A DNA stretch of 64,000 bases from an uncultured Gemmatimonadales bacterium. Its GTDB lineage: Bacteria > Gemmatimonadota > Gemmatimonadetes > Longimicrobiales > RSA9. The DNA is taken from positions 2,400,001 through 2,464,000 of the forward strand of contig OY970192.1 of the NCBI GenBank assembly GCA_963708135.1, given 5' to 3'. The translations under genes were made by a program, and so were the position numbers. Shown here one piece after another: positions 43,439 through 53,320 of this stretch. The stretch's first letter is position 1, and the number at the start of each line of letters is the position of its first letter. Under the pieces are notes generated by a model that did not search any database, was not told the DNA's origin, and saw only the letters and a list, made by a program, of their open reading frames with translations.

Positions 43439-43682
43439 GTCGGAGCGGGGCAGGCCGGGCGGCGCTCGGGGGGTGCCGGCGGGGTCCGGGGCATCGAGCG
43501 GGGAGGGGGGTCGGATCGGGGGCCGGCGCGAGCTGGGCGAGGGGGGTGGGTGGGCTCGGGGTGGCGGGGTCGAGGGTGGCACGACTCGTGCGCCCCGGGG
43601 CGACGACTCAAAGTACTCCAACCGGTTGTCCAGGCGGGTGTTACAGACGCCGGTCGGATTCTCGAACTGGAGGTTTGCTGCC

Positions 43683-44648
43683 ATGGGCCGGACACTGACC
43701 ACGATCGCGCTGCTGGCGGTCACGAGTGCCTCGCTGCTGGCGGGCTGCGGCGATCAGAACAACGCTGTGACGACGGGCGGAACGGGGCGGATCTCGATCA
43801 TGCTGACGGACGCGCCCTCGGCGACGGTGCAGTCGGCGGTGGTGACGATCTCGAAGGTGTACCTGGTGGGGAGCGCGGCGGACACGGCGGACGCTTCGGC
43901 GCAGGTGCAGCTGCTGCCGGCGCCGGTGACGACGGACCTGCTGACGCTGTCGAACGACCTGGCGACGCTCGTGGACACGATGACCGTGAAGGCGGGCACC
44001 TACCAGCAGCTGCGGTTCGTGATCGACGGGGCGTACATCCAGACGGTGGACGAGAACGGCGCGACGCACGCGTACGCGACGGCTGGGTATGCCAACGCGC
44101 CGGGCCCGGTAGAGGGGACGCTGAAGTGCCCGAGCTGCGCGCAGAGCGGGATCAAGGTGAACCTGCCGGACGGGGGCCTCACAGTGGCAGAGGATGAGAC
44201 GACGGGGCTGCTGGTCAACTTCAACGTGGCGGACACGTTCGGCCACCAGGCGGGGAACTCCGGGATGTGGGTCATGCACCCGACACTGAACGCCACGGAG
44301 GCGACGCTGGCGGGGAAGGTGCACGTCACGCTGGCGCTTCCGGACTCGGTCACGCTGCCGATGATCGACACGGTGACGACGACGCTGGGCAGCTTCTCGG
44401 CTGAGTTGAAGCCGGCGGGTGCGGATTCGACCGCAACGGGCACGATCGTTCAGTTCACGAACAGCAACGGCACGTACGTGGCCGACTACAGCTACCTGGT
44501 GCCCGGAACCTACACGCTGGACATCGTGGGCCCGTCGGGTCTCACGTTCACGACCTCGCCGGTCACGCAGACGGTGACGGTCGAGGGTGGCGGCACGGCG
44601 AACGCGGACTTCACGATCACGTCAGCGGTGCTTGCCGCCGGCGGCTAA
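43683..44648 (+). CDS. DUF4382-like lipoprotein with C-terminal beta-sandwich
   Basis: Lipobox LLAGC, MLTDAP motif, PSCAQSGIKV; Thr/Val rich; GGAGG RBS. Confidence 0.8.
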   Translation: MGRTLTTIALLAVTSASLLAGCGDQNNAVTTGGTGRISIMLTDAPSATVQSAVVTISKVYLVGSAADTADASAQVQLLPAPVTTDLLTLSNDLATLVDTMTVKAGTYQQLRFVIDGAYIQTVDENGATHAYATAGYANAPGPVEGTLKCPSCAQSGIKVNLPDGGLTVAEDETTGLLVNFNVADTFGHQAGNSGMWVMHPTLNATEATLAGKVHVTLALPDSVTLPMIDTVTTTLGSFSAELKPAGADSTATGTIVQFTNSNGTYVADYSYLVPGTYTLDIVGPSGLTFTTSPVTQTVTVEGGGTANADFTITSAVLAAGG

Positions 44649-44721
44649 GCCGGGCGTCGGGCGCGACCCGGTCGAGGGGACTGGCCCTCCCCGGCAGGAC
44701 GCGCCGAGGAGGGAGAGAAGG

Positions 44722-44762
44722 CGGAGAGGAGCGGCGGTCCGGGGGGCTGCCGCTCCTCTTCG
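44722..44762. terminator. Long hairpin between convergent genes (likely bidirectional terminator)
   Basis: AGAGGAGCGGC / GCCGCTCCTCT inverted repeat. Confidence 0.55.
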
Positions 44763-44795
44763 TTCGCTGCCGAGCGGGTCTGGTTGGAGGGCTCG

Positions 44796-46133
44796 CTACT
44801 TCGGCGCGCTCCGGACCGCAGCGGCGTCGGGATCCGGGATGGGCGTCGCGACGATGGCGGCGCCGTCGGTCGCGCGACGGCCACGCGCGCTGAGCAGCGC
44901 CTCGACGTCCACGCCGAACGCCGTGGAGAGCTGCTCGACGAGGGCGAGGGCGCCGCGGAAGCGCTGGTTGGCGACGTTGGCGATGCCGTCGCCATCGCCG
45001 CCGTCCACGACGACCATGCGGTCGACGTCGATGCCCTCGACGGCCCTGGACGCGACCTCCATCAGGCCCGGCAGCTTCTCGGCCATGAAGACCTGGAAGC
45101 CGCGTTCGCCGCCCCCGCGGATGGTGGAGAAGAGCAGCTCGAGGACCTGGGCCTGCGCCCGGCCCGTCTCGAGAATGGGCGCCGCGGTGGCCTTCGCCCG
45201 GGACTCGGCGGCCGTGCGCTCCGCTTCGGCCGGCGTGATGACATCGGCGTTGAGGCGCTCCCGCTCCGTCTCCGTGCGCCGCTGCTGCAGCTCGCGCTGC
45301 GCCTCGACCTCGGCGCGCTCGGCGGCGACGCGGGCGATCTTGTCCGCGGTTTCCGACTCCTGCCGGAGCTGGGCCTGGCGCACCTTCAGCTGCGTCTGCG
45401 CCTCCGAGATCTGGATCTGGGCGTGCGCCTCCGCCACGGCCGCAGTCTGGTCCGCGGCGGCTTTCTTCTGCCGCGTCTCCGACTGGTTCTCCGCCTCGGC
45501 CACCTCGGCCTCCTTGATCACCTGCGCCGTCTTCTTCCGCCCCATGGCGTCCAGGTAGCCGACCTCGTCGCTCACGTTCTGGATCTTCAGCACGTCCAGC
45601 GAGAAGCCCAGCTTCTTGAGATCGTTCTCCGCCTCCTCCGCCAGGTTCTGCGCGAACATGAGGCGGTCCTCGTTGACCTGCTCCGGCGTGAGCGTCGCCA
45701 GCACGCCCCGCAGGTTGCCCGTCAGCGTCTCCTTCGCCAGCCCCTCGATCTCGTCGGGCAGCTTCCCGAGCAGTCGCTCCACGGCGTTGTTGAAGTCGGT
45801 CTCCGGCTCGGAGGCGATCTTCACGTTCGCGATGGCCTGCACGCTCAGCGGGATGTTCCCCTTCGAGAAGGCGTTGGCGACCGTGATCTCCAGCGGGATC
45901 GTCGCCAGCGACAGGTACTGCGCGCTCTCCAGGATCGGGATCCGGATCGTCCGGCCCCCGATGACGGCCCGGTAGCCGACGCGCTGCCCGTCGTTCAGCG
46001 TGCGACGCCGGCCGGTGATCACCGCCGCCCGGTTCGGCGGTACGATGATGATGAGGCTGCTGATCGTCCAGATGACGACGAGCACGGCCGCGAACACGAC
46101 CAGTCCCGCCACCACGCCGAAGCTCTCCAGCAT
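44796..46133 (-). CDS. Flotillin / SPFH-domain protein
   Basis: N-terminal TM, VPPNRAAVITG, GNLRGVLATLTPEQVNEDR, AEA-rich coiled coil. Confidence 0.9.
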   Translation of the reverse strand: MLESFGVVAGLVVFAAVLVVIWTISSLIIIVPPNRAAVITGRRRTLNDGQRVGYRAVIGGRTIRIPILESAQYLSLATIPLEITVANAFSKGNIPLSVQAIANVKIASEPETDFNNAVERLLGKLPDEIEGLAKETLTGNLRGVLATLTPEQVNEDRLMFAQNLAEEAENDLKKLGFSLDVLKIQNVSDEVGYLDAMGRKKTAQVIKEAEVAEAENQSETRQKKAAADQTAAVAEAHAQIQISEAQTQLKVRQAQLRQESETADKIARVAAERAEVEAQRELQQRRTETERERLNADVITPAEAERTAAESRAKATAAPILETGRAQAQVLELLFSTIRGGGERGFQVFMAEKLPGLMEVASRAVEGIDVDRMVVVDGGDGDGIANVANQRFRGALALVEQLSTAFGVDVEALLSARGRRATDGAAIVATPIPDPDAAAVRSAPK

Positions 46134-46142
46134 CCGATCCTC

Positions 46143-46820
46143 CTACTCCGAGGGTGCATCGAAGGGGGCGACGAGGGCCGTGCCCTCGCGCATCTCCACG
46201 ATCACGACGTCTCTGCCGACGTCGGTCGCTATGGGGTCGCGTCCGAACGGCCGCGCCCGCAGCTCGTACTCGCGCGCACCACGCCGGACCAGGATCCGGC
46301 CGGAGCGCTGCGCGTCGACGGGCAGCACCACCGTGGCGGCCAGCCCGACGAAGCTGCTCTCGCCCTGCCGCTCGCCGGCCTCCGTCGAGCGGACCCATCC
46401 GAACACGGCGACGCTCACGCCCGCCGCCAGCACCCCGCAGAGCCCGCTGCCGGCCGCGACCAGCAGCGGGCTCGCGGCCGGTGCCAGGCGCGCGAGCAGC
46501 ACGCCGGTCGCCCCGAAGCCGAACAGAAAGTAGGTGACGGTGCGCAGCGAGAGGATGCGGACCGCCTGCACGTCGTGGCCGCCGGACGCCGCGGCGCCGG
46601 ACGCGTCCGTCAGGGCGTGGGCGCCGATGGCGACGTCGCCTTCCGCACCCTCCGTTGACAGCTCGACCTCGTGGCCGCCGCCGGCAAAGTCGACGTCGTG
46701 CCCCCCGAAGCCGATGTCCGCATCGTGTCCGCCAAGCACGTCGCCGAACAGATCGCCGAGCAGCGACACGAGGAGCATCCCGCCGCCGACGATGAGGGAG
46801 AACCAGTAGAGGGACTGCAT
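46143..46820 (-). CDS. NfeD-like membrane protein (flotillin partner)
   Basis: TM, Gly/Asp/His-rich linker, LSLRTVTYFLFGFG, C-terminal OB-fold-like VGLAATVVLP..GRI..VVIVE. Confidence 0.8.
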   Translation of the reverse strand: MQSLYWFSLIVGGGMLLVSLLGDLFGDVLGGHDADIGFGGHDVDFAGGGHEVELSTEGAEGDVAIGAHALTDASGAAASGGHDVQAVRILSLRTVTYFLFGFGATGVLLARLAPAASPLLVAAGSGLCGVLAAGVSVAVFGWVRSTEAGERQGESSFVGLAATVVLPVDAQRSGRILVRRGAREYELRARPFGRDPIATDVGRDVVIVEMREGTALVAPFDAPSE

Positions 46821-46968
46821 CAGAGGGACTGCATTCTGTATCCGAGCGGGCCAGGGGGCCGGACGATCCTGTCAGGGATGAAGTTTGCGCGCCCGTCCCG
46901 GCCTGGCAAGAGGACGTGCCGCCGTCTCCCCTCGGTTCGAGCAGTGGTGGGAAATTCTTTCCCGCAAG

Positions 46969-47041
46969 AGCTGACGGTGGGACTCGAACCCACGACCTGC
47001 CGCTTACAAGGCGGCTGCTCTACCAGCTGAGCTACGTCAGC
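46969..47041 (-). tRNA. tRNA-Thr(TGT)
   Basis: GCTGACGTAGCTCAGCTGGTAGAGC, GCCGC-CTTGTAA-GCGGC, GGTTCGAGTCC; CCA not encoded. Confidence 0.95.
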
Positions 47042-47049
47042 ACGCCAAG

Positions 47050-47079
47050 ACCTTACCCGTCCCCGCCCTCAGAGGTCAA
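47050..47079 (-). promoter_or_regulatory. Sigma70 promoter for tRNA-Thr(TGT)
   Basis: TTGACC-18 nt-TAAGGT. Confidence 0.6.
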
Positions 47080-47116
47080 CGCAGGGAGCCCCGAGCCCGG
47101 CATCCCGCATCCCGCG

Positions 47117-48565
47117 TCACCCCCTCCTCCACCTCGCCCCCTGCGCCGTATCCTCGACGACCACGCCCGCGGCAGTCAGCTCCTCGCGGATCGCGTCGGC
47201 GGCGGCGAAATCGCGGGCCTTGCGCGCCGCCTGGCGCGCGGACAGCCGCTCCTCGACCCAGGCGGCGAAGTCCTCGTCGACGCCGGGCGCGTGGGCGTGG
47301 GCGAGCGAGATCACGCCGAGCACCTCGTCGGCGCGGCGCAGCGCGGCGAGTGCCGTGTCGCGCTCGGCCGCCGCCACGCTGCCGGAGGCATCGAGCGCGG
47401 CGTTGCCCTGGCGCACGAACGTGAAGAGGGCGGCGAGCGCGGCGGGGGTGTTCAGGTCCTCGTCGAGCGCGGCCTCGAAGTCCCGGAGCAGGGTCTCGGC
47501 GAGCGCGGGCAGCGGCGAGGGGGGCGCGTCGGGCGAGGTCGTCGCCTTCTCGAGGCGGGTCTCGAACTCCACGAGCCGGCGGACCGCCGCCGCGGCGTCA
47601 TCCAGCCCGTCCTCGCTGAAGTTGAGCTCCTTGCGGTAGTGGGCGGAGAGGAGCAGGTAGCGGATGGCGGCGGGGCTGCGGCCGTCCTCGAGCAGCGCGC
47701 GCAGGGTGACGAAGTTGCCGAGCGACTTCGACATCTTCTCGGCGTTGATCGTCAGGTGCTTCACGTGCAGCCAGGTGCGCACGAAGGGCTCGCCGGTGGC
47801 GGCCTCGGACTGCGCGATCTCGTCCTCGTGGTGCGGGAAGATGAGGTCCTCGCCGCCCACGTGGATGTCGAAGGTGTCGCCGAGCTCGGCCATGCTCATG
47901 GCGGAGCACTCGATGTGCCAGCCGGGGCGGCCCTCGCCCCACGGCGTCGGCCAGACCGCGCCGACCCGGCGGTCGGCATCGCGGGAGGCCTTCCACAGCG
48001 CGAAGTCGCGCGCATCCTCCTTGAAGTCGTCCGCGTCCGCGACCCGCGCCCGCTGCTCGAGCCCCGCGCCGGAGCGGATCTCGCGAGTGTCCAGCCTGGA
48101 CAGGCGGCCGTAGGCGGGGAACGAGGAGATGTCGAAGTACACGGAGCCGCCGGCCTCGTAGGCGTGCCCGCGCTCGAGGAGGCGGCCGATCAGCTCGACC
48201 ATCTGCTCGATGTGGTGCGTGGCCCGGGGGTAGACGTCGGCGGGGCGCACGCCCAGCGTCTCGAGGTCCTCGAAGAAGCCGCGGGCGACGCTCTCCGTGA
48301 ACGCGTCCAGCGCGATGTCCGCCTCCGCCGCGCCATTGATGGTGCGGTCGTCCACGTCCGTCAGGTTCATGACGAAGCGGACGTCGAGCCCCTTCCACTC
48401 GAGGGTGCGGTGCACCAGGTCCGAGAAGAGGAACGTGCGGTAGTTGCCGATGTGCGGCAGCTTGTAGACCGTGGGGCCGCACGCGTACATGCCGATGCGG
48501 CCCGGCTCGAGCGGCTCGAGCGGCTCGAGCGCGCGGCTGAGCGTGTTGTAGAGCTTGAGCGCCAT
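47117..48565 (-). CDS. cysS: Cysteine--tRNA ligase
   Basis: MYACGPTVY, HIGN, DFALWK, GRPGWHIECSAM, KMSKS. Confidence 0.97.
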   Translation of the reverse strand: MALKLYNTLSRALEPLEPLEPGRIGMYACGPTVYKLPHIGNYRTFLFSDLVHRTLEWKGLDVRFVMNLTDVDDRTINGAAEADIALDAFTESVARGFFEDLETLGVRPADVYPRATHHIEQMVELIGRLLERGHAYEAGGSVYFDISSFPAYGRLSRLDTREIRSGAGLEQRARVADADDFKEDARDFALWKASRDADRRVGAVWPTPWGEGRPGWHIECSAMSMAELGDTFDIHVGGEDLIFPHHEDEIAQSEAATGEPFVRTWLHVKHLTINAEKMSKSLGNFVTLRALLEDGRSPAAIRYLLLSAHYRKELNFSEDGLDDAAAAVRRLVEFETRLEKATTSPDAPPSPLPALAETLLRDFEAALDEDLNTPAALAALFTFVRQGNAALDASGSVAAAERDTALAALRRADEVLGVISLAHAHAPGVDEDFAAWVEERLSARQAARKARDFAAADAIREELTAAGVVVEDTAQGARWRRG

Positions 48566-48575
48566 CGTCCGCTCC

Positions 48576-49547
48576 CTACCTCCCCGGCTCGGCCGCGCCC
48601 CGCCCCGCGAGCGCGCCATCGCCCGCGGGCTCCGGCCGCTGGCCGTCCCCCCAGTAGAACGTCATGTGCGGGAACGGGATCTCGATCCCCTCCGCGTCGA
48701 AGCGGTTCTTCACCCGCCGGCGCAGCTCGCGTGCAATGTCCCACTGCTTGAGCGGCAGCGTCTTGGCCATGACGCGCACGACCACCGCCGAGTCGCCAAA
48801 TTCCTGCACGCCCGGCACGACCGGCTCCTCCAGCAGCAGCGGCGCCCACTCGGTGTCGCCGTACAGCTGCTCGCACAGCTCGCGCAGCACCGCGATCACC
48901 CGGTCCACGTCCTCCTTGTACGCCACCCCGATGTCCAGCACGGCGCGCGACCACGACTTGGTCAGGTTGCTGACCATGGTGACCTCGCCGTTCGGGATGA
49001 TGTGGACCACGCCCTCGACGTCGCGCAGCACGGTCGTGCGCAGGGTGATCTTCTCGACCGTGCCGGCCGTGCCGCCGATGCGGACCACGTCGCCGATGCC
49101 GAACTGCCCCTCCATCAGCATGAACGTGCCGTTGATGATGTCCTTCACGAGCGACTGCGCGCCGAAGGAGAAGGCCAGCCCGACGATGCCGACGGACGCG
49201 AGCAGCGGCGCGATGTCGATGTACTGCTTCAGGACCATCAGGGCCGCGATGGTCGCGATGCTGAACACCGCCACGTTGTTCAGCAGGCTGGCGATCGTCT
49301 GGACGCGCTGCTCGCGCACCCGCTTCACCAGCGGGTCCTCCTCCTCGATCTGGTGCATCACGAGGCGGTGCGTGAACAGCTTGGTCAGCCGGTAGGCAAC
49401 GAAGGCGACGACCACGATGATGACGGTCGCGATGAGGTCGGCGACGAGCCGCTCCGCGTTGAATCCGGGCAGCAGGCGCAGCCCCCCCGTGTCCGCTCCG
49501 GCCGCCGCCGCCCGGCCCGCCAGCACCCGTGCGGCCTGGAGCATCAC
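48576..49547 (-). CDS. Small-conductance mechanosensitive channel (MscS family)
   Basis: GIVGLAFSFGAQSLVKD, GTVEKITLRTT, IPNGEV, GIEIPFPH. Confidence 0.92.
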   Translation of the reverse strand: MMLQAARVLAGRAAAAGADTGGLRLLPGFNAERLVADLIATVIIVVVAFVAYRLTKLFTHRLVMHQIEEEDPLVKRVREQRVQTIASLLNNVAVFSIATIAALMVLKQYIDIAPLLASVGIVGLAFSFGAQSLVKDIINGTFMLMEGQFGIGDVVRIGGTAGTVEKITLRTTVLRDVEGVVHIIPNGEVTMVSNLTKSWSRAVLDIGVAYKEDVDRVIAVLRELCEQLYGDTEWAPLLLEEPVVPGVQEFGDSAVVVRVMAKTLPLKQWDIARELRRRVKNRFDAEGIEIPFPHMTFYWGDGQRPEPAGDGALAGRGAAEPGR

Positions 49548-49972
49548 GGCAGCAGCCGGATCTGGGTGATCCGCCAGCCGTCCGACTCCCGGACGAGCGC
49601 CAGGAACACCGTCGCGTGCTCGGGGATCGTGGTGCCGCGCGTGCGCGTGAACCAGGCCAGCTCGCCGAACGCGCGCGGCGGCGCGCCACCCACGATCTGC
49701 GCCAGCCCCGCGCGCAGCGTGACCGTCTCCCGGTCGTCGAAGATCCGCCGCAGCATGGCCGCCGCCTGGCGCGCGCCGAGCGGGCCGACCGGGCCGCCGT
49801 TCACGTCGATCGACAGCCCCGAGCGGGACGCCAACGCCGCCACGCCGGCCGCATCACCGTGCGCCCACGCGTTGGCGAAGCGGTCGAGCGCGCGCTCCAG
49901 CTCCTGGGCATGCAGGGGGCCGGCCACCGCCAGGAGGAGCGCGACGGCGAGCAGCAGCGGGCGCCGCATCAT
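49544..49972 (-). CDS. Secreted hypothetical protein (NTF2/SnoaL-like fold suspected)
   Basis: Signal peptide; FANAWAHGDAAGV; C-term GWRITQIR; overlaps both neighbours. Confidence 0.6.
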   Translation of the reverse strand: MMRRPLLLAVALLLAVAGPLHAQELERALDRFANAWAHGDAAGVAALASRSGLSIDVNGGPVGPLGARQAAAMLRRIFDDRETVTLRAGLAQIVGGAPPRAFGELAWFTRTRGTTIPEHATVFLALVRESDGWRITQIRLLP

Positions 49973-50676
49973 TCACCGGCCTCCACCATGCCGGCGATCT
50001 CCTCGTTGATGCGCTCCGCGACGGCCACGGGATCCTCCGCGCCGGTGATCGGCCGCCCGATCACGAGGTAGTCGGCGCCGGCACGCACCGCCTCCGCCGG
50101 CGTGGCGATGCGGGCCTGGTCGCCCTGCAGCTCGCCCGCGGGCCGGATCCCCGGCGTCACCACCAGGAAGTCCGCGCCGTAGCGGCGCTTCATGACCTCG
50201 GCCTCGAGCGCGGAGGTGACGATGCCGTGGAGCCCCGCGTCCGCGGCCAGCCCGGCAAGGCGCGCCACCTCCTCGCGCATTGACAGCAGCTCCTTGCCCC
50301 AGACCTCCTCGACGTCTCCCGGCGTGAACGACGTGAGCAGCGTCACGCCGAGCAGCCGTGGCCCATCGTCTCCGGCCGCCTCCCGTGCCGCCCGCAGCAT
50401 GGCCGTGCCGCCGGACGCGTGCAGCGTGAGCATCTCGACCTCGAGCTCCGCGGCCGCCCGCACAGCCTGCGCGACGGTGTTCGGGATGTCATGGAACTTC
50501 AGATCGAGGAAGACGCGGCGGCCGCGCTCGCGCAGCGCGTGCACGATCTCCGGACCGCCGCGCGTGAAGAGGGACGGGCCGATCTTGTAGAAGTCGACGG
50601 TGTCGCCGAGGCGGTTCACGAGCTGGAGCGCCCGGGCGACCTCCGGCAGGTCGAGCGCGACGATGATCTCAGGCAT
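49969..50676 (-). CDS. pyrF: Orotidine-5'-phosphate decarboxylase
   Basis: IVALD, FLDLKFHDIPNTV, VTPGIRP, VIGRPIT. Confidence 0.96.
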   Translation of the reverse strand: MPEIIVALDLPEVARALQLVNRLGDTVDFYKIGPSLFTRGGPEIVHALRERGRRVFLDLKFHDIPNTVAQAVRAAAELEVEMLTLHASGGTAMLRAAREAAGDDGPRLLGVTLLTSFTPGDVEEVWGKELLSMREEVARLAGLAADAGLHGIVTSALEAEVMKRRYGADFLVVTPGIRPAGELQGDQARIATPAEAVRAGADYLVIGRPITGAEDPVAVAERINEEIAGMVEAGE

Positions 50677-51622
50677 GCGCGGCCTTGTGCGGGGAAGGCG
50701 CGCGCCCGCCGGCGTGCGCCGCTCCGACCAGCTCGCGGACGTCGGCCACCCGCTGCCGCCGGCCGAGCCGTTCGAGTCCAGACAATACACGCGCGGCCGC
50801 GCGAGGGTCCGCGAAACTGGCCGTCCCGACCTGCACCAGCGAGGCTCCCGCGAGCAGGTACTGCATGGCATCTTCCGCCGTGCGGATCCCGCCCACGCCC
50901 AGGATCGGCACGTCCACACGCCGCCTCGCCTGCCACACCGCGTGCACCCCGATCGGCAGGAGCGCCGGCCCGCTCACCCCACCCGGCCCCTGCCCCAGCA
51001 CCGGCCGCCGCGTCTCCAGGTCGAAGAGCAGCCCCGGATGCGTGTTCACCAGCGTGAGCCCGTCCGCCCCCTCGCCCACCACCACCTCCGCCATGCGGCC
51101 GATGTCGGGGACGTTCGGCGCGAGCTTGACCACCAGCGGCCGGCTCGTGGCCGCGCGGCAGGCGCGCACCACCGCCGCGAGCAGGTCCTCGCGCGCGGAG
51201 AAGAGCGCGCCGCCCTCCTTCACGTTCGGGCAGGAGACGTTCAGCTCGAAGGCGTGGAAGCCGGCCTCGCCGTCCAGCGCGGCCACCAGCCGCGCGAACT
51301 CCTCGACCGTCGCGCCGGCCACGTTCACCAGCACCCGCGCCCGCCTCAGGCGCTGCGCCAGCCACGGCAGCTTCTCCGCGCGGAACGCGTCGAGCCCGAC
51401 GTTCGCGAGCCCCACGGAGTTCAGCATCCCGGCGCCGAACTCCGCCACCCGCGGCGCGGGGTTGCCCGCGCGCGGCTCCAGCGTGAGCCCCTTGGTCACG
51501 AGCCCGCCGAGCGCATCGAGCTCGATCAGCTCCGAGAGCTCCTCGCCGTAGCCGCACGTGCCGCTGGCCAGCAGCACGGGGTTCTGGAAGGTCGTCCCGA
51601 ACAGCTCCTGCGCGAGCTCCAA
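50669..51622 (-). CDS. pyrD: Dihydroorotate dehydrogenase, family 1 catalytic subunit
   Basis: NPVLLASGTCGYG, ELNVSCPNV, VKLAPNV, GGVSGPA; TTG start with GGGAGG RBS. Confidence 0.93.
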   Translation of the reverse strand: MELAQELFGTTFQNPVLLASGTCGYGEELSELIELDALGGLVTKGLTLEPRAGNPAPRVAEFGAGMLNSVGLANVGLDAFRAEKLPWLAQRLRRARVLVNVAGATVEEFARLVAALDGEAGFHAFELNVSCPNVKEGGALFSAREDLLAAVVRACRAATSRPLVVKLAPNVPDIGRMAEVVVGEGADGLTLVNTHPGLLFDLETRRPVLGQGPGGVSGPALLPIGVHAVWQARRRVDVPILGVGGIRTAEDAMQYLLAGASLVQVGTASFADPRAAARVLSGLERLGRRQRVADVRELVGAAHAGGRAPSPHKAAHA

Positions 51623-51633
51623 GCGTCCTCCCG

Positions 51634-53320
51634 TCAGTGCCCGAGGGTGTCCCGGTCCCGGCTGCGCGCTCTCAGGCGGCCCACGGCCGTCGTGTCCACG
51701 AAGGCGAGGGTGTCGGCCCGGAGGAAGAACGCCAGCTTCACGCTGTCCTGCCGCAGGCACGCGCCGCGTACGCTGTCCGCCCGGATCCCCTTGAGCGCCA
51801 GGCTGTCCATGAGGCTGCCGCACGCCAGAATGCACGCTGTCCGCCTCCGCCGCCTTCTTCACGCTGTCCAGCGCCGCCACCGCCTGCGCCACGCCGGCAT
51901 CGCGCCCTTCCGCCTCGTGCTCGGCGTTCGTCCGCAACGCCGAGAGCGCCGCCGACAGCCGCTCCTCCGCGTCCGAGAACGCGCCCGGCTCCGCCGCCGT
52001 ACCCCGCACCGCCGCCAGGTAGACGTTCCCGTCATAGCCTTCCAGGCGACGTCGCAGCGAATCCCTCGCCGCGCCCGCAGGCGCCACCGCCGCCGCCGCG
52101 AGCAGCGCCTTGGCCGCCCACGGCGAACGCGGCACCAGGTCCGCGTAGGACGTGAAGAAGCGGCGCGCGAGCACCGGCGCCGCCAGCACGTCGCGGGCGA
52201 GCTCCGCCGCCTCGAAGAGCGCCAGCGGCTGTCCGGACGCCGCGAGCCCCGCCAGCACCTCCACTGTCTTCAGGCCGTGCAGCAGCGCCTGCGCCTCGGC
52301 GTCGGCCACGGCCGGCAGCAGGGTGGCGCGGACCGACGCGAGCCCCGGCAGGTCGCTCACCCGGGCCAGCTCCCAGCGGGCGAGGCGCACCCGGGCACGC
52401 GCCGCCGTGCGCGCGTCCGCGGCCTGCGCCAGATCGTGCGCCTCCCGCCGCGCGGATGCGGTGTCGCCCGCCTCCTCCGCGAGCTGCGCCCGCTCGAGCA
52501 GCAGCGTCGAGCGCGGCCGCGCCGTCCAGAGCGCCTTGCCGACGGGCTCCAGCAGCGACCTTGCCGTATCCGCCCCCCACCGCTCCGCCGCCGCCCGCGC
52601 CAGCGCCGCGATGCTGTCGGCGGCGCCGTCGGCATCCGGATCCCTGAACAGCGCGCCCAGCGCGGCCGCCGCCCGCGCCCGCCCGCCGCCCACCACGGCG
52701 CGGCGCACGGCCTCCAGCCGGGCGTCCCGGCCGAGCGTGCCGGGCGCGCCGGCCGCCGCCTCCAGGTCGCGCCAGGCGCCCGCGGAATCGTCCGCCGCGA
52801 AGCGGGCCCGCGCGCGCCACAGGTGCGCGAACGCCGTCGCCTGCTGCCCCGGCTCGAGCACGGCGAGGGCGGAGTCGAGCTGGACGAGCCCGGCCGCCGC
52901 ATCGTCGATCCGCACCTCCGAGGCGCCCAGGTAGGCGTGCGCCTCGGCGCGCATGCGGCGGTCACCCGCGAGCGGCAGCAGCCGCGTAAAGCTGACGCGC
53001 GCGGAGTCGTACTGCGCGAGCGCGAACTGCGAGCGGCCGATCAGGTAGAGCGCGTCATCCGACCAGCGGCCGTGGGGCGCGCGCTTGAGGCTCTTGCGCG
53101 CCTTCTCCACCGCCTGCCCGTAGTCGGTCCGCGCGGTGGCGCGGTCGCCCTTGGACTCCGCGCGTTGCGCCTGGCCGTACAGCCGGCGCGCGTTGTAGAG
53201 CGAGTTGAAGTACGCGCAGGCCGGGAGGCTGAGCGCCACGAGCGCCGCCGCGAGGATGCCGCGCAGCCGCGCGCCTCCCGGCGAGCGGCCGGCCGGGGCC
53301 GCGCTTCGCCGCGCGCTCAT
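51634..53320 (-). CDS. TPR-like outer-membrane/periplasmic lipoprotein (frame break near 51832)
   Basis: Lipobox LPAC then AYFNSLYNA, WSDDALYLIGRS; likely true C-term ILACGSLMDSL...DTLGH* in adjacent frame. Confidence 0.7.
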
